A DNA stretch of 64,000 bases from an uncultured Candidatus Sumerlaeota bacterium (GCA_964437365.1 CAYTGM010000003.1:76201-140200); one strand, 5' to 3'; counted from the first letter of the stretch, positions 31,841 to 42,730 are shown. Notes: generated from the letters alone by a model not told the origin. A program made the numbers and translations.

Positions 31841-33228
31841 TAATGTTTTTCTCCTGCTTCGTCAAACTCTTCAAGAATTGCTGGTTTATGCGGTGGAACC
31901 TGTCCATCATCATGATCCAGCAGGTGGAAGAGTGGAATATCTTCTGAAGTATTCTGTGGTATAGAGACATCGGCTCTTGGAAGGTATATATCCACTGTCG
32001 TTCCGTATTCAACTTCGCTTTTAATATATAATCTGCCACCCATACTTTCAACAAGCTGTATAGAGACAGGAAGACCAAGTCCGGTACCCTGCGTCTTCGT
32101 CGTAAAGAAAGGTTCGCGAATCTGCTCGAGTGTTTCAGGAACCATCCCGGGTCCGGTATCCTGGATGATAAGTCGCGCATATTTATCTCCTCCTTCCTCG
32201 AGAGTAACAAAAATATGTGGATTGCCAACTCCAGTCAGAGCATCACGTGCATTCCAAACAATATTCAGAAAAACCTGGTAGAGTTGATCCGCATCAACCC
32301 GCACCTTGGTGTCGAACTTTTCCAACTGAGGGACCAGCTGAATCTCACTCTTTTCGAGCTCCTCGACTACCGGTGGCAACCAGTGCCTGACAAGCTCGCG
32401 AAGAGAATGCTTCTCCAATTGAGGAACTTTCGGCCGTGCATAGCTCAGTAGCTCCGTCAGGATTTTATCCATTCGTTCGACTTCAGCACGAATGAGATTA
32501 ACCGCAGCCTCGGCCGAGCTGTCCTTTTCAGCATCTTCAGCAACGATATCCATGGAAGAATTGATGATTGTCAGGGGATTCCGAATTTCATGTGCCAGAG
32601 TCGCGGAAAGCCTCCCGATTGATGCCAGCTTACGTGTTTCGAAGAAACGACTTTGCAGGCGATTCAGCTTATCAATAATCGCGACACTTTCTTTGACTTT
32701 TGCCTCCAGCTCCTCGTTCAGCTTCCGATGGCGCACCTCCTGAGAAGTGATATGAAGCTGAGCAGTTCGAATCTGATCCCAGAAATAAACAGAAGCACCA
32801 GTCAGAACAGCCAGAAACAGATCTAAGATGATCACCCAGCCGATGTAATACCTGTAATCACCCACGGTAACGCTGAAAATGCGCTCCAGCGTGTAGGGTG
32901 ACTCTGCCTCCAGCTTGTTCAGATACGACTCGACAACAAACTGGGCTCGATCAATGTCTTCAGAAGTTAGATCAAATTCGCGACTAAGCTCTTCTGAACG
33001 AATCGTCATTGAGTCGATCGTCGCGAAAGGGGAATTCCCAGCCCAAAGGCGATGCATCCGGGTGAGCCCATAGTCTTTTCTGCGCTCCACGCGCATGGTC
33101 AGGAGGCAGAGAAGCACAAAGACACCACAAACCACCAGAAGGTAACGATGGTTTCTGATCGTCCTTCCTTTTGGATCCAGCGGATTAGATCTTTGCTTAT
33201 CTGACTTCGATTCCTGACGACCGAGCAT
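31840..33228 (-). CDS. Sensor histidine kinase (membrane-anchored HisKA plus HATPase_c).
   Basis: TM segments. H-box LSATLAHEIRNPL. G-boxes (QDTGPGM, GTGLGLPVS). 4-bp overlap with the response-regulator gene. Confidence 0.8.
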   Translation of the reverse strand: MLGRQESKSDKQRSNPLDPKGRTIRNHRYLLVVCGVFVLLCLLTMRVERRKDYGLTRMHRLWAGNSPFATIDSMTIRSEELSREFDLTSEDIDRAQFVVESYLNKLEAESPYTLERIFSVTVGDYRYYIGWVIILDLFLAVLTGASVYFWDQIRTAQLHITSQEVRHRKLNEELEAKVKESVAIIDKLNRLQSRFFETRKLASIGRLSATLAHEIRNPLTIINSSMDIVAEDAEKDSSAEAAVNLIRAEVERMDKILTELLSYARPKVPQLEKHSLRELVRHWLPPVVEELEKSEIQLVPQLEKFDTKVRVDADQLYQVFLNIVWNARDALTGVGNPHIFVTLEEGGDKYARLIIQDTGPGMVPETLEQIREPFFTTKTQGTGLGLPVSIQLVESMGGRLYIKSEVEYGTTVDIYLPRADVSIPQNTSEDIPLFHLLDHDDGQVPPHKPAILEEFDEAGEKH

Positions 33229-33308
33229 ACATTCTCATCGATTCGCGATATTACCTAAGAGCATGGGACAGTTTCTCTGAGGCTGCAACGGCTTTAAGAG
33301 AATGAAGA

Positions 33309-34445
33309 CTACGGAAAAATCTTCGAGTGAAGCCACCCACTCAGAAGGTAGTCGTTCCCGATCATCTGCATTTCACATCTTTCCAGATCAATCGCATCGC
33401 CCATTCTTCCCAATGGATTGCTGAAACGAACTGGCCCGAGGTGCTTCTGTCCGCCACCCGAGATCTTCGGAGCTATCCAGCAATTCACCCTGTCGACCAG
33501 TCTCTGCTCTACAAAGGACCCTGCAATGCGCCGCCCTCCTTCAATATAGACACTAAGAAAACCTTCCTCATGAAGATCATTGAGAACAAAACTTAATTCG
33601 AGCCGTCCATCTTCCCCGCAAGGACAACAAACAATCTCAACTCCCTGATTTTCCAGTTCGCGCTTCTTTTGTTTGTCCGACCCTTCCTGAGTATAGATTC
33701 TCCCTGGTGTAATCCTGCTTTCCTGAACAAATTGAGAATTAATCGGAGTTCTGAGCTGGCCATCAAGCACGACGCGACGTTTCCTCTTCAGCGCTTCAGA
33801 CTCGACATTCCTGACCGTCAATCGGCAATCATCCTGCAGAAGAGTCCCTATTCCTGTCAGGACAACATCGTGCTCAAAGCGAGAATTTTGAACTGTCTGT
33901 CTCGCTTCTTCACCCGTGATCCAGATTGAATCACCATCCTCAACAGATATACATCCGTCCAGAGTCATTGCCCACTTCAAGGTAACCAGAGGTCGATTGA
34001 GTCGATGAAAGCAGAAAAAACCAGCATTAAGCTCAATAGCTTTTTCCTCTTCCACGCCGCTGGAAACAGTAATTCCATGCTCCTTAAGTCGTTCCAGTCC
34101 TCCTGCTGCTTCCGAATGAGGGTCCAGGCAAGCAACGACTACACGAGAGATCTCCTCATCAATAATCCTTTGAGTACATGGAGGAGTTCTACCTGTGTGA
34201 TTACAAGGCTCGAGAGAAACGTATATCGTTCCACCCTTCAGACGCCCCCCTCTGCTAAGTGCATCTTCAATGGCCATGACTTCAGCATGTGGTTCACCTG
34301 CCCTGTGATGATACCCTTCACCAATAACACTTCCTTCAGCATTGAGAAGTACGGCTCCAACACATGGGTTCGGTGAAGTTTCACCTTTTCCCCTCGATGC
34401 GAGCTCAAGGGCCCTTCGCATATGTTTAATATCTTGAGTGCTCAC
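33309..34445 (-). CDS. ribD: Bifunctional riboflavin biosynthesis protein RibD (pyrimidine deaminase/reductase).
   Basis: CMP/dCMP deaminase zinc motif HAEVMAI ... LEPCNHTGRTPPC. C-terminal RibD reductase domain. Confidence 0.9.
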   Translation of the reverse strand: MSTQDIKHMRRALELASRGKGETSPNPCVGAVLLNAEGSVIGEGYHHRAGEPHAEVMAIEDALSRGGRLKGGTIYVSLEPCNHTGRTPPCTQRIIDEEISRVVVACLDPHSEAAGGLERLKEHGITVSSGVEEEKAIELNAGFFCFHRLNRPLVTLKWAMTLDGCISVEDGDSIWITGEEARQTVQNSRFEHDVVLTGIGTLLQDDCRLTVRNVESEALKRKRRVVLDGQLRTPINSQFVQESRITPGRIYTQEGSDKQKKRELENQGVEIVCCPCGEDGRLELSFVLNDLHEEGFLSVYIEGGRRIAGSFVEQRLVDRVNCWIAPKISGGGQKHLGPVRFSNPLGRMGDAIDLERCEMQMIGNDYLLSGWLHSKIFP

Positions 34446-35197
34446 TTGTAGAGCATCCTCACCTGATCATCGCTGAGCTGAACAGATTCTCCTCGGGAAA
34501 GCTTCAGGTCCTCAAGTCGAAGTTTCCCGATGGCGAGGCGTTCCAGTCTAAGGACGTCCGCGTCAACCTCTGAAAACATACGCCGAACCTGGCGTTTTCT
34601 CCCCTCGTGTATATAAACAAAATACTCAGGAAGACCGAGTTTCGGGGTAGAATATTCGACCGTACATGGAGAAGTCATTTTCCCATCAACCAGCAAGCCT
34701 TGTTGCAATTGGACTAGTTCATCTTCACTAAGGTGACGATCAAGCAGAACGAAATACTGTTTGATGACTTCACTGCTGGGGTGGGTCAGCTTATGGGCGA
34801 GGTCCCCATCTGTGGTCATGATCAGAAGACCCGTTGTTTCAAAATCAAGACGACCTACATATATCAGCTTTGAAAGGAGAGCCTGATCTTCTATATCAAG
34901 AACATCGTAGATCGTTGTCCTTTGATGAGTGTCTTTGCGGGTAACCATCACCTGCTCTGGCTTGTTAACGGCGAGAGTCACTTTCTGCTCTCGAACCGAA
35001 ACTTCTTTTCCATCAAGCAACACAATGTCTTTGTCTGGATCGATACGTGTAGACAAGTTTGTTTCAACCTTGCCATTAACCTGCACCCGTCCTCCGGTAA
35101 CGAAGGCTTCTGAACTGCGCCTCGAACCGTGCCCTGCTCTAGCAAGGTATTGAGAAATTCTGAATGTGTGTCTCTGGTCGTTATTCTTGAGGTTCAT
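34442..35197 (-). CDS. rRNA pseudouridine synthase, RsuA/RluB/RluE family, with an S4 domain.
   Basis: RISQYLARAGHGSRR (S4 domain). Catalytic VGRLDFETTGLLIMTTDG motif. Confidence 0.8.
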   Translation of the reverse strand: MNLKNNDQRHTFRISQYLARAGHGSRRSSEAFVTGGRVQVNGKVETNLSTRIDPDKDIVLLDGKEVSVREQKVTLAVNKPEQVMVTRKDTHQRTTIYDVLDIEDQALLSKLIYVGRLDFETTGLLIMTTDGDLAHKLTHPSSEVIKQYFVLLDRHLSEDELVQLQQGLLVDGKMTSPCTVEYSTPKLGLPEYFVYIHEGRKRQVRRMFSEVDADVLRLERLAIGKLRLEDLKLSRGESVQLSDDQVRMLYK

Positions 35198-35232
35198 AGG
35201 CAGGTAATAAACGTTTCTATCAACGTGAGTTC

Positions 35233-36087
35233 CTATTTCTGGCCGTTAAACTTTCTGCGATCCTGTTGCCGCTCATCAACCATTGGTGGCGGACCTCCCG
35301 GCATGGGATGAGGTTCATGCATCATCCCCGGATGAGGCGGAGGGCCAACCAGAGGATCGTGCTGACCGGGCGGAGGAGGTGGACCAAAATCCCCGTAAGT
35401 TTCACGCTCCAGATCCGATAGACGTTTCCTCAAAGCTTGGATTTCTTCCATATTACGTTTCTGACGAAACTCTTCTCCCATCCATGCGGGACGGTCGAAA
35501 ATACCGCGCTCCTCGTGGATATAGCCATAAAGCTCATCGAAATTCTTTGCATCCTGGACCTTGCTCACAAACTCGTCCATCTTTGTGAGCATCTGGTGCA
35601 GACGCTCCCGCTCCTGAACCGATGGTTCGTCGAGAATCGCTTCTATGCGCTCAGCCGCTTTTGCAGAATCCTCCTTCAACCGATAGAGGAACTCTTCTTT
35701 TTCTAACTGGAGAAGTTCACGCCTGACGTCAACGATCCGTGAACGTCTCTCTATTGCTTCGGTGCTTGCGTCTTCTTTTTCTGTTTCTTTCCTGTACCTT
35801 TCCTCCATTTCATCGATCCGCTCTTCTTCAGAGTTCAGGCGTCTAGACTCATCATGTACCCACTTCATTTTCATCGCCATTTTTCTGAAACGGTAAGCCT
35901 GTGAATCGAACTCACGCCAGCGATTGCCTCTTTCTCTGGAGTCCCATCCCCGGTCGTCGCTCTGCTCAACTTTCTCCCTCTTCTCCCTGTTCCAGCTATT
36001 ACCATCATTCTCTGCAATGACCACATCACTCAAGAAAAGAGTGATGATGACAGAGAAAACCAGGTTTTTGGGAGTTATCATTAACAT
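35233..36087 (-). CDS. Secreted charged coiled-coil protein with a Pro-rich C-terminus (hypothetical).
   Basis: Signal peptide. An R/E-rich helical region. PPPPGQHDPLVGPPPHPGMMHEPHPMPGGPPPM tail. Confidence 0.55.
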   Translation of the reverse strand: MLMITPKNLVFSVIITLFLSDVVIAENDGNSWNREKREKVEQSDDRGWDSRERGNRWREFDSQAYRFRKMAMKMKWVHDESRRLNSEEERIDEMEERYRKETEKEDASTEAIERRSRIVDVRRELLQLEKEEFLYRLKEDSAKAAERIEAILDEPSVQERERLHQMLTKMDEFVSKVQDAKNFDELYGYIHEERGIFDRPAWMGEEFRQKRNMEEIQALRKRLSDLERETYGDFGPPPPPGQHDPLVGPPPHPGMMHEPHPMPGGPPPMVDERQQDRRKFNGQK

Positions 36088-36237
36088 TAATGGACACCTC
36101 AGGGTATCTTAATATTCAAAGCTTCTGCCAATCTCAGTCCGATGACAACAGCTAGATGCAGGATTTCTACAGGTTATTGAATTTTGTGGACTTAGAAAGG
36201 TGATTAAGGAAGCAGGAACTCTCAGGAGGTATTCAAA

Positions 36238-37473
36238 TCAGGTCTTTGGGCGTTCCATGACGTACAAGAGCCGTTCTTTAAGGTTTTCCAGACCCAGAGT
36301 ATCCGATTCGAGATTCATTTCAGGCTGATTGACGTTATAGCCCAGGATCCCCAGAGAACGGTTGGTCGGGCGAAACACCTCACAAAGAGCTCCGACACCC
36401 GCAAGATTGTTCGATAGATCTTCAGGGCTTATTCCTTCGCCTGGAACGATCTTGTCCAATACAACTTCGTCAAAATGCGCAATCTCTGCCTTCGTCCTTT
36501 TTCTCAGGTACTCGATAAGCCCAGGGAGACGACTTGCCACTCCAGTGAGGAAGATCGAACAAGGGCTGGAGGATTTGCCTAAATTCTGCTGCACTTTTGT
36601 CACCCGGAGCGCTGAAAGTGCCAGTTGGTTGGCAAAACGAGTGCAGTCTACAATCGGCGTCGAGGCGCGTGCATTGAAGAGTGGAGATGGCGTCACCTCT
36701 GGAGGAAGCAGCAACTGCCCCTGAGTGCTCACAAGCTGTTCCAGCTGTGCGAAAGTGGGAGTAAAAGACTCAAAATAGTGATTATCATCTCGTGCGAGAC
36801 CAACGGGGATCGTGTAATGATGAACATCACCGCTTTGCAGACTTGTTGTATAGATCGATCTTAGTTTGCCCACATCAAGAAGGATAATATCTCTTCCTGG
36901 TTGTGCATCACGTAAGAGTCTTGAGACCTGTGTTGTGGCGCGTGCAACGGGGATAAACCCTTCGAAAGGGATAGACTTCTTCTTTAAAATCTCGGCGGCC
37001 TGTGCCAGGTGGGAGAAGGGACCTACACCAAAACGTGTATAACTTCCAGTAGAAGCTTGATAGGTCTGGAACAGAAAGGAAAGCGGGTAACTGTAAGGGT
37101 TGCGAGGAACCTGTGCCTTGAAGAGAGACCGCCAGCGCATCCCAAGTGTATTTCCCAGCGTCTCATCTTTTTCATCGAAAATAGAGAATCGATCGGGAGC
37201 AACGGCCAGAATGACAGGATTCTGAAAACCCTTCTTCTCCAGATTATCCTGCAGAAACTTACCAATCTGATCGGCGCCCTTGTAATAGTATAGATCGACG
37301 TCCATGAAGACCTGGTGGCGAAGTCGCTTGCTGACTTCCAGAAGGCGATCCACTTCAAGGTGCTCGACCGCTGAAATATGAACGCGATCATCCTTCAGAT
37401 GTCCTGCGACAAGGGAAAAAGAATTTCCGTCTACATAGAGGACCGTATAGGCGTCTTTTAGACCATTGGCCAT
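36238..37473 (-). CDS. Hypothetical protein, 411 aa, possibly a PilM/FtsA-like actin-fold protein.
   Basis: Adjacent to and co-directional with pgeF. The IFLTGVASRLPGLIEYL segment resembles the C-terminal glycine-rich motif of PilM/FtsA-type ATPases. Similarity is weak. Confidence 0.45.
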   Translation of the reverse strand: MANGLKDAYTVLYVDGNSFSLVAGHLKDDRVHISAVEHLEVDRLLEVSKRLRHQVFMDVDLYYYKGADQIGKFLQDNLEKKGFQNPVILAVAPDRFSIFDEKDETLGNTLGMRWRSLFKAQVPRNPYSYPLSFLFQTYQASTGSYTRFGVGPFSHLAQAAEILKKKSIPFEGFIPVARATTQVSRLLRDAQPGRDIILLDVGKLRSIYTTSLQSGDVHHYTIPVGLARDDNHYFESFTPTFAQLEQLVSTQGQLLLPPEVTPSPLFNARASTPIVDCTRFANQLALSALRVTKVQQNLGKSSSPCSIFLTGVASRLPGLIEYLRKRTKAEIAHFDEVVLDKIVPGEGISPEDLSNNLAGVGALCEVFRPTNRSLGILGYNVNQPEMNLESDTLGLENLKERLLYVMERPKT

Positions 37474-38256
37474 TTAGATCAGACCCGCTGAATCGAAGAT
37501 AGGAGGATGCTCTTCACTGGGAAGAATGCCGCAGATGGTATAGAGATGCCCCCGGTTTCTACCATTGCGACGATGCGAGTGAAAAATCTCCTCGTGAGAA
37601 TAAGTGCAACAATCAGAACTCTGGAGGTTCTCCGGTTTCAACCCAAATGCCTCAGCCTGAAGCAGGTTGAGTCGTGGTAAATTCAGATACCGGCCTTTAG
37701 CAAAGCTTCCCAGATGAGCGAATTGATCATTGAATTGCTCGATCATCTCGGGGCTCACTTCATAGACTTCGCCAGAAATGGAGGGCCCAATCCAGACCTT
37801 AAGATTTTCTTCACTGGCGCCTGCATTCAGCATTTTCTGAACAAGGTTCCCGGTAATATTGACCAGAGTCCCTTTCCAGCCGGCATGCGCTACGCCTGCC
37901 ACGCGGTTCTTTTGATCCGCAGCAACGACAGGAACACAGTCAGCCGTGCGAATCACCAGTACTGTGTTTTCTTCATTCGTGATAAGCCCATCGCAGCTCG
38001 GTGCCTTATTCAGCTGAGGAAACCCAAAGGTAGAAGAAACGTGCGTGACCTCTCCGCTGTGGATCTGCCCTGCGAACCAGATGGAAACTTGAGCAAAATC
38101 ACCGGAAAGTGCAGAAGCCAACTGTTCACCGGCCGTTTTCCACTCAGTTTGATAATCCTCGTCGAAACTGCGATGAGTCGTGAAGCACTGCACAGGACCA
38201 TCCCATGACGGTCTCGCGGCTACCAGTTCTCTCAGGCTTAATTGCATACTCTCCAT
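37474..38256 (-). CDS. pgeF: Peptidoglycan editing factor / purine nucleoside phosphorylase YfiH (DUF152 'laccase-domain' protein).
   Basis: Conserved TADCVPV...AHAGWKG...C..H motifs of the YfiH/PgeF family. Confidence 0.85.
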   Translation of the reverse strand: MESMQLSLRELVAARPSWDGPVQCFTTHRSFDEDYQTEWKTAGEQLASALSGDFAQVSIWFAGQIHSGEVTHVSSTFGFPQLNKAPSCDGLITNEENTVLVIRTADCVPVVAADQKNRVAGVAHAGWKGTLVNITGNLVQKMLNAGASEENLKVWIGPSISGEVYEVSPEMIEQFNDQFAHLGSFAKGRYLNLPRLNLLQAEAFGLKPENLQSSDCCTYSHEEIFHSHRRNGRNRGHLYTICGILPSEEHPPIFDSAGLI

Positions 38257-38415
38257 CCGTGTCTCTATAAATTGACAATCAAATCGCTAGAGAAAGGTCG
38301 AACACTCACAACGGCAAGTAGTTTCTCAGCGGAATTGAAGATAGAAGGTATTCCTGTACTCCTTTTCAGAACAGACCTCGCCCCCTCGCTCTTGATCCCC
38401 TTTCATATTTCGGCC

Positions 38416-38470
38416 GATGCTACCAGTATCGATGCATGTTCGATGCATCATGGAAGCATTGGAATGGTTC
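38416..38470. repeat. 55-bp conserved intergenic element, copy B (see 5963..6017).
   Basis: 53 of 55 nt identical to copy A. It sits centrally in the divergent pgeF / 38651 promoter region. Confidence 0.8.
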
Positions 38471-38650
38471 CATCCTTGATCAGTTCTTGATAGATCTTCT
38501 ATCGACCCGAGGTCTGGAAGCAGGTCATTGCTGACAAAGTTTCCCCGTCGAAACTTCTCTTGATGTCATGCGAACTTGAATTGAATAAGTCCCTCTGGTC
38601 GACTGAACTAACTTTCCACCTTCTTTGAAGTCTTCTCCTCCGGATGATCC

Positions 38651-39415
38651 ATGACCTTTGAAACCCTCTCAGAACTCTATGCCTATACGATTCTCACTCA
38701 GGGCGCGGCCAGTATTCCTGCTCGCTTTACGCTGCTTGTTTGTCTGATCGTTGTGTTCAATGGGCTGAGCAAACCCGGTAACAAGCTCCTGACACTCTGT
38801 CTCGCATTTCACTATCTGGTGTCGTCCTTCTATGCGGGGGGATCGGAAGGCATCGGGCAACTGCTCCCCTACCTCGCGTTTCTATTGTGTCCGCTGACCC
38901 TGGTTTACGGGCTGATGGACGGGGTGGACTGGAAAGTTGATTTTGAGCAGGAGTGGATTCGTTTAGCGTTAATGGCGGGCCTCGGATTGGCCATATTCTT
39001 CCCATTCTGGCCAGAAACACCGTTTCTTCGAGGTGTTTTCAAGTCTCCGATGGGCCTGTTCCCACAACAGACAATTCTCGCCACGCTGATGCTGCTGGCA
39101 TGCTCTCCGAAAACATACCCAAAACTCTTTCTCGTTCCTCACCTGATCGTCGGCGGACTGATTGGGGTGCTCGACTTGGTAGATGGAAACCGTGCCCTGG
39201 GGGGAGTCACTTTCCTCCTCATCGCTGCTATCGGTGTCATGATGTTCTATCCAACAGAGGGTGGATTGTTCATTGAAAAAAGTGATTCGAAAGAACGAGA
39301 TGTGACAGTGAAGCGGGAACGTTCCATAAAGGTCTCGGGCCATCAGAAGAAATCTGATAAAGGCCTCGAGAAAAAAGCTCCGAAAAAGGGCGGTAAAAAG
39401 TGGGATCTTCGTTGA
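38651..39415 (+). CDS. Hypothetical polytopic membrane protein with a basic C-terminal tail.
   Basis: Six or more predicted TM helices. The C-terminus is K-rich. Confidence 0.55.
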   Translation: MTFETLSELYAYTILTQGAASIPARFTLLVCLIVVFNGLSKPGNKLLTLCLAFHYLVSSFYAGGSEGIGQLLPYLAFLLCPLTLVYGLMDGVDWKVDFEQEWIRLALMAGLGLAIFFPFWPETPFLRGVFKSPMGLFPQQTILATLMLLACSPKTYPKLFLVPHLIVGGLIGVLDLVDGNRALGGVTFLLIAAIGVMMFYPTEGGLFIEKSDSKERDVTVKRERSIKVSGHQKKSDKGLEKKAPKKGGKKWDLR

Positions 39416-39689
39416 AGTTCAGGGGGTTCCGGAGTTGTAATTTTTTCTGTTGGTGAGGGTGTGGTGAATTCAACACAAAAACGCTTGCAATTCATCGGAA
39501 GGCACCAATGATGCGTAGTATGCCACCTCTGGAGGCTTCTCACAGCTTTTTGGCCCCCGGAGTATAAATGTTAGATGAGTCACTTGTATCATCCTGACAT
39601 TCCATAAGATTTGTCATAAGATATAAGACCTAAGAGAAGATTTGGTCACCTTCAAAAGATAAATTGGAATATTGAGGTAATTTCAAACT

Positions 39690-40304
39690 ATGAGTTTAAT
39701 GCTCGGCCGCAAAAAGAAGAAAAAAGTCGTCGTCTTTCTTTGTACTGGAAACACATGCCGCGGACCTATGGCCCAGGGATATATGAAGAAAGTCATGAAA
39801 GATAAAGGGATCAAGGAGCTTGATATAAAGACAGCAGGCGTGATGACGATCCCAGGATTAATTCCTACTGCTGAAGCGCAGCAGGTCATGCGCAGTCAGG
39901 ATGTCGAGATCTCCGGTCATCGAAGCTCCCCTCTTACAAATGAACTGATCAGAAAAGCGGACATCATCCTCGGAATGACTCCCTTCCACGTTCAGCACGC
40001 CAAGCGCATGAGCGATGACGCCAAGGACAAGACATTTCTCCTGAAAGAATACGCTGAAAGTGATCTGAAGAATTATCAGATTACAGACCCAATGGGAGCC
40101 ACTCTCGAGGTCTACAAGCGTGTGTACCGCGAAATGAAGCTCGCGATTGATAAGATGATGGAGAACAAGGAATTCTTTACGGAAATTACTCCTGAAGAAG
40201 CAAAGCAGGATACTGCACCCGCGAAGAAGTCTGCTTCTAAGAAGAAATCTACTTCCAAAAAGAAGAGCACAGCAGCCAAGACCGCATCGAGCTCCAGTTC
40301 TTAA
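39690..40304 (+). CDS. Low-molecular-weight protein tyrosine/arginine phosphatase with a K/S-rich C-terminal extension.
   Basis: CX5R P-loop (VVFLCTGNTCRGPMAQG) and DP motif (ITDPMG). Confidence 0.8.
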   Translation: MSLMLGRKKKKKVVVFLCTGNTCRGPMAQGYMKKVMKDKGIKELDIKTAGVMTIPGLIPTAEAQQVMRSQDVEISGHRSSPLTNELIRKADIILGMTPFHVQHAKRMSDDAKDKTFLLKEYAESDLKNYQITDPMGATLEVYKRVYREMKLAIDKMMENKEFFTEITPEEAKQDTAPAKKSASKKKSTSKKKSTAAKTASSSSS

Positions 40305-40914
40305 CCAGTTCCCTTAAAGTTCAGTTTCTTTTGATGCGCTGTCGGTGATTTCCGATGGCGCTTTTTCTTTTTTAGCCCTGATTCCTGATTCGTAACACCT
40401 CGCGGAGCTGGAAGAAGTCGGTCTAAAAACAAACCGCTCCAGTCCAAAGTGACCACCCGCGTCCTTAAAAACAACGCTTCCATCTGCCTTGCTTAAGGAC
40501 GTAGCGAAACTCAAAAACAGGCTGGAAGGCGCCAAGAACTAGTAACATCCCCCATCAGCCCATCAGGGTTTCCCTTATACAGAATAGGGAAACACGCGCA
40601 AGATGAGCCACCCTGAATAGTGGCCTAAAAGACTGATAAGGCTTGAATTAGGTCAATAGTGCGGAGGAACCTGGGAATTTTTTTCTACTCCTTAGAATTT
40701 TCCTTCTCAGTTTGAGTTGACAGTTGAGATGAATTTTCCAACGTTCTCAGGATATCTCTCAAGATTTCTCAGCTTTTTTTACGAAATCTTCGGTATAAAT
40801 CTGGTACCTTTCGCCACAGGTCCATTATTACGATCGCTTATCGCGCGAGCTCATCTCCAGTTTGATCTCCGCCGTAGGTTGTCAATCTGACTTAACCCTT
40901 AAAGGAGATCCCTG

Positions 40915-42666
40915 ATGAAGCCCATCAAATCAAATTTTCTTTCCACAATGCTCGCAGCGGGTGGCTTGGCCTTAACCACACCTCTTGTGCTTAACGCTGA
41001 TACGCTCGTCGACAGCTTCGACAATTCCAACCCAGCCAGTGTCGGAGACAGACCCTGGGGAGGCACGGCAACCTGGAGAAACATTCTCAACGGAACAGCT
41101 GGCGGTAACGATAATTGGAAATCGGGAACTGCTGGAAAAGGAAACAAAATCAGGTCGATAAGTGATACCACACCGGGAAATAACGACACCTATGATACTG
41201 CCATCGTTTCTGGATCCATGCGTTACAACCACGATACAGCAGCTGATGGTGGAGGCATCACTGCCTCAGGTGCATTGACCGCTTCAAAAGCCTTCCAGCA
41301 GCTCGGCTTCCAGATTATACGGGAAACGGCTGACTTTGATGCAACCTCTTCCAATTACTTCCGCGTAACAGCCTGGCTTGATGATGCTTCAACGGCTGCA
41401 CCCACTCCAAATCCTCTCAAATCCTCTGCGAATATGATCATCAGTTTTGGTCAGGAGCCAGGTGCTGGAACACTATTCGGAGTTATTCCTCTGAACCAAC
41501 CTGCGAAGTTTGCCATGGGCCCTTACAATTCAGGTACTGGCACACTTGAAGGATTGAGTGTGACGAGTGCTCCTCAGGTTTTCATTCTTGATATTAAGGA
41601 TACGAATATATTTAAAGTTGATGATGACTTCGAAGCTTTTCAAGTGGACACATGGAACAGCAATTCCGGCGCACCGGTGCTGTCTGCTGGGGACCTTGCC
41701 CTCGATGACTGGTCGGATATACGAACGATTCAGTTCGCCTCTCTTGTTCAGGGCGCTGCTGCTCAAACTGGCAGTTTCCGTGTCTCATTCGCCATCGACG
41801 ATGCGATGTTTCTGGATAACCTTCCAGGACTGAGCTTTAGCGCCGATCCCCTGGCACTGACTGAAGGCGGGTCTGACAGCGTGGATGTTGTTCTCGATGC
41901 TCTTCCGAGTCACGATGTTACATTTGATTTCCCCGATAATTCACTTTTCGAGTTTTCTCCGAATCAATTGATTTTCACGACATCAAACTGGGATACGCCT
42001 CAGCCACTGACCGTTACCGCGATAGACACAGGAACAATTGAAGGCACCAGCAACGAGGCATACGATCCAGGAGTATCAACGAGCGATTTGTGGTATGGCA
42101 ATGAAACACTGGATTCATTGAACGTTGCATTAACAGAAAATAATGCAGGCGATTTAATCATTAATGAAATCATGGCAGATCCAACGGGATTCGACTCCAA
42201 TGGAGACAGCACGCTCGACGTGATTGAAGACGAATACGTTGAGCTATACAATACAACGGGCGGCTCCCTTGATATATCAGGTTGGACGATTTCTGATGGT
42301 TCAGGTCTTCAATATACGTTTCCGGCGTCAACAATCATACCAGCAGATGGCACTGTCGTCATCTTTGGCGGTGGGACTCCCACTGGAATTCCTGGAGACT
42401 TTGTAGATACAGCAGGTGGCTCTCTCTCGCTGAACAATACGGGAGATACGGTAACGGTAGAGAATGAAGTGTCTCAGCTTGTGGATACAGTGACCTACGG
42501 ATCAGAAGGCAACAATGACGAGTCCTTAACGCGCGACCCGGACATATCGGGCGGTTTCGTTGGTCATACGACAGCGACTGGTTCAGGCGGTTCTCAAGGA
42601 TCACCTGGAACGAAGATTAACGGTTCTGCCCTCCCTGTCGAACTTGATCAGTTTATCGTTGATTAA
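40915..42666 (+). CDS. Secreted protein with an N-terminal ~370-aa 'RPWGG/ATWR' module, a Calx-beta/Ig-like segment and a C-terminal lamin-tail domain (LTD).
   Basis: Signal peptide. The module is homologous to three repeats in the next gene (DSFDNSNPASVGDRPWGGTATWRN...NDNWKSGTAGKGNK...AIDDAMFL). The LTD signature is LIINEIMADP...DEYVELYN...DISGWTISDG. Confidence 0.75.
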   Translation: MKPIKSNFLSTMLAAGGLALTTPLVLNADTLVDSFDNSNPASVGDRPWGGTATWRNILNGTAGGNDNWKSGTAGKGNKIRSISDTTPGNNDTYDTAIVSGSMRYNHDTAADGGGITASGALTASKAFQQLGFQIIRETADFDATSSNYFRVTAWLDDASTAAPTPNPLKSSANMIISFGQEPGAGTLFGVIPLNQPAKFAMGPYNSGTGTLEGLSVTSAPQVFILDIKDTNIFKVDDDFEAFQVDTWNSNSGAPVLSAGDLALDDWSDIRTIQFASLVQGAAAQTGSFRVSFAIDDAMFLDNLPGLSFSADPLALTEGGSDSVDVVLDALPSHDVTFDFPDNSLFEFSPNQLIFTTSNWDTPQPLTVTAIDTGTIEGTSNEAYDPGVSTSDLWYGNETLDSLNVALTENNAGDLIINEIMADPTGFDSNGDSTLDVIEDEYVELYNTTGGSLDISGWTISDGSGLQYTFPASTIIPADGTVVIFGGGTPTGIPGDFVDTAGGSLSLNNTGDTVTVENEVSQLVDTVTYGSEGNNDESLTRDPDISGGFVGHTTATGSGGSQGSPGTKINGSALPVELDQFIVD

Positions 42667-42680
42667 GGTCAAATAACCCA

Positions 42681-42730
42681 GACGTGAAAGAGTGCGAGCG
42701 CCTTAGACACTTCTTTCACGTCTCTTTATA
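42681..42730 (+). terminator. Putative terminator hairpin after the LTD gene.
   Basis: gacgtgaaaga ... tctttcacgtc inverted repeat with a long loop, followed by a T/A-rich stretch. Confidence 0.4.
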
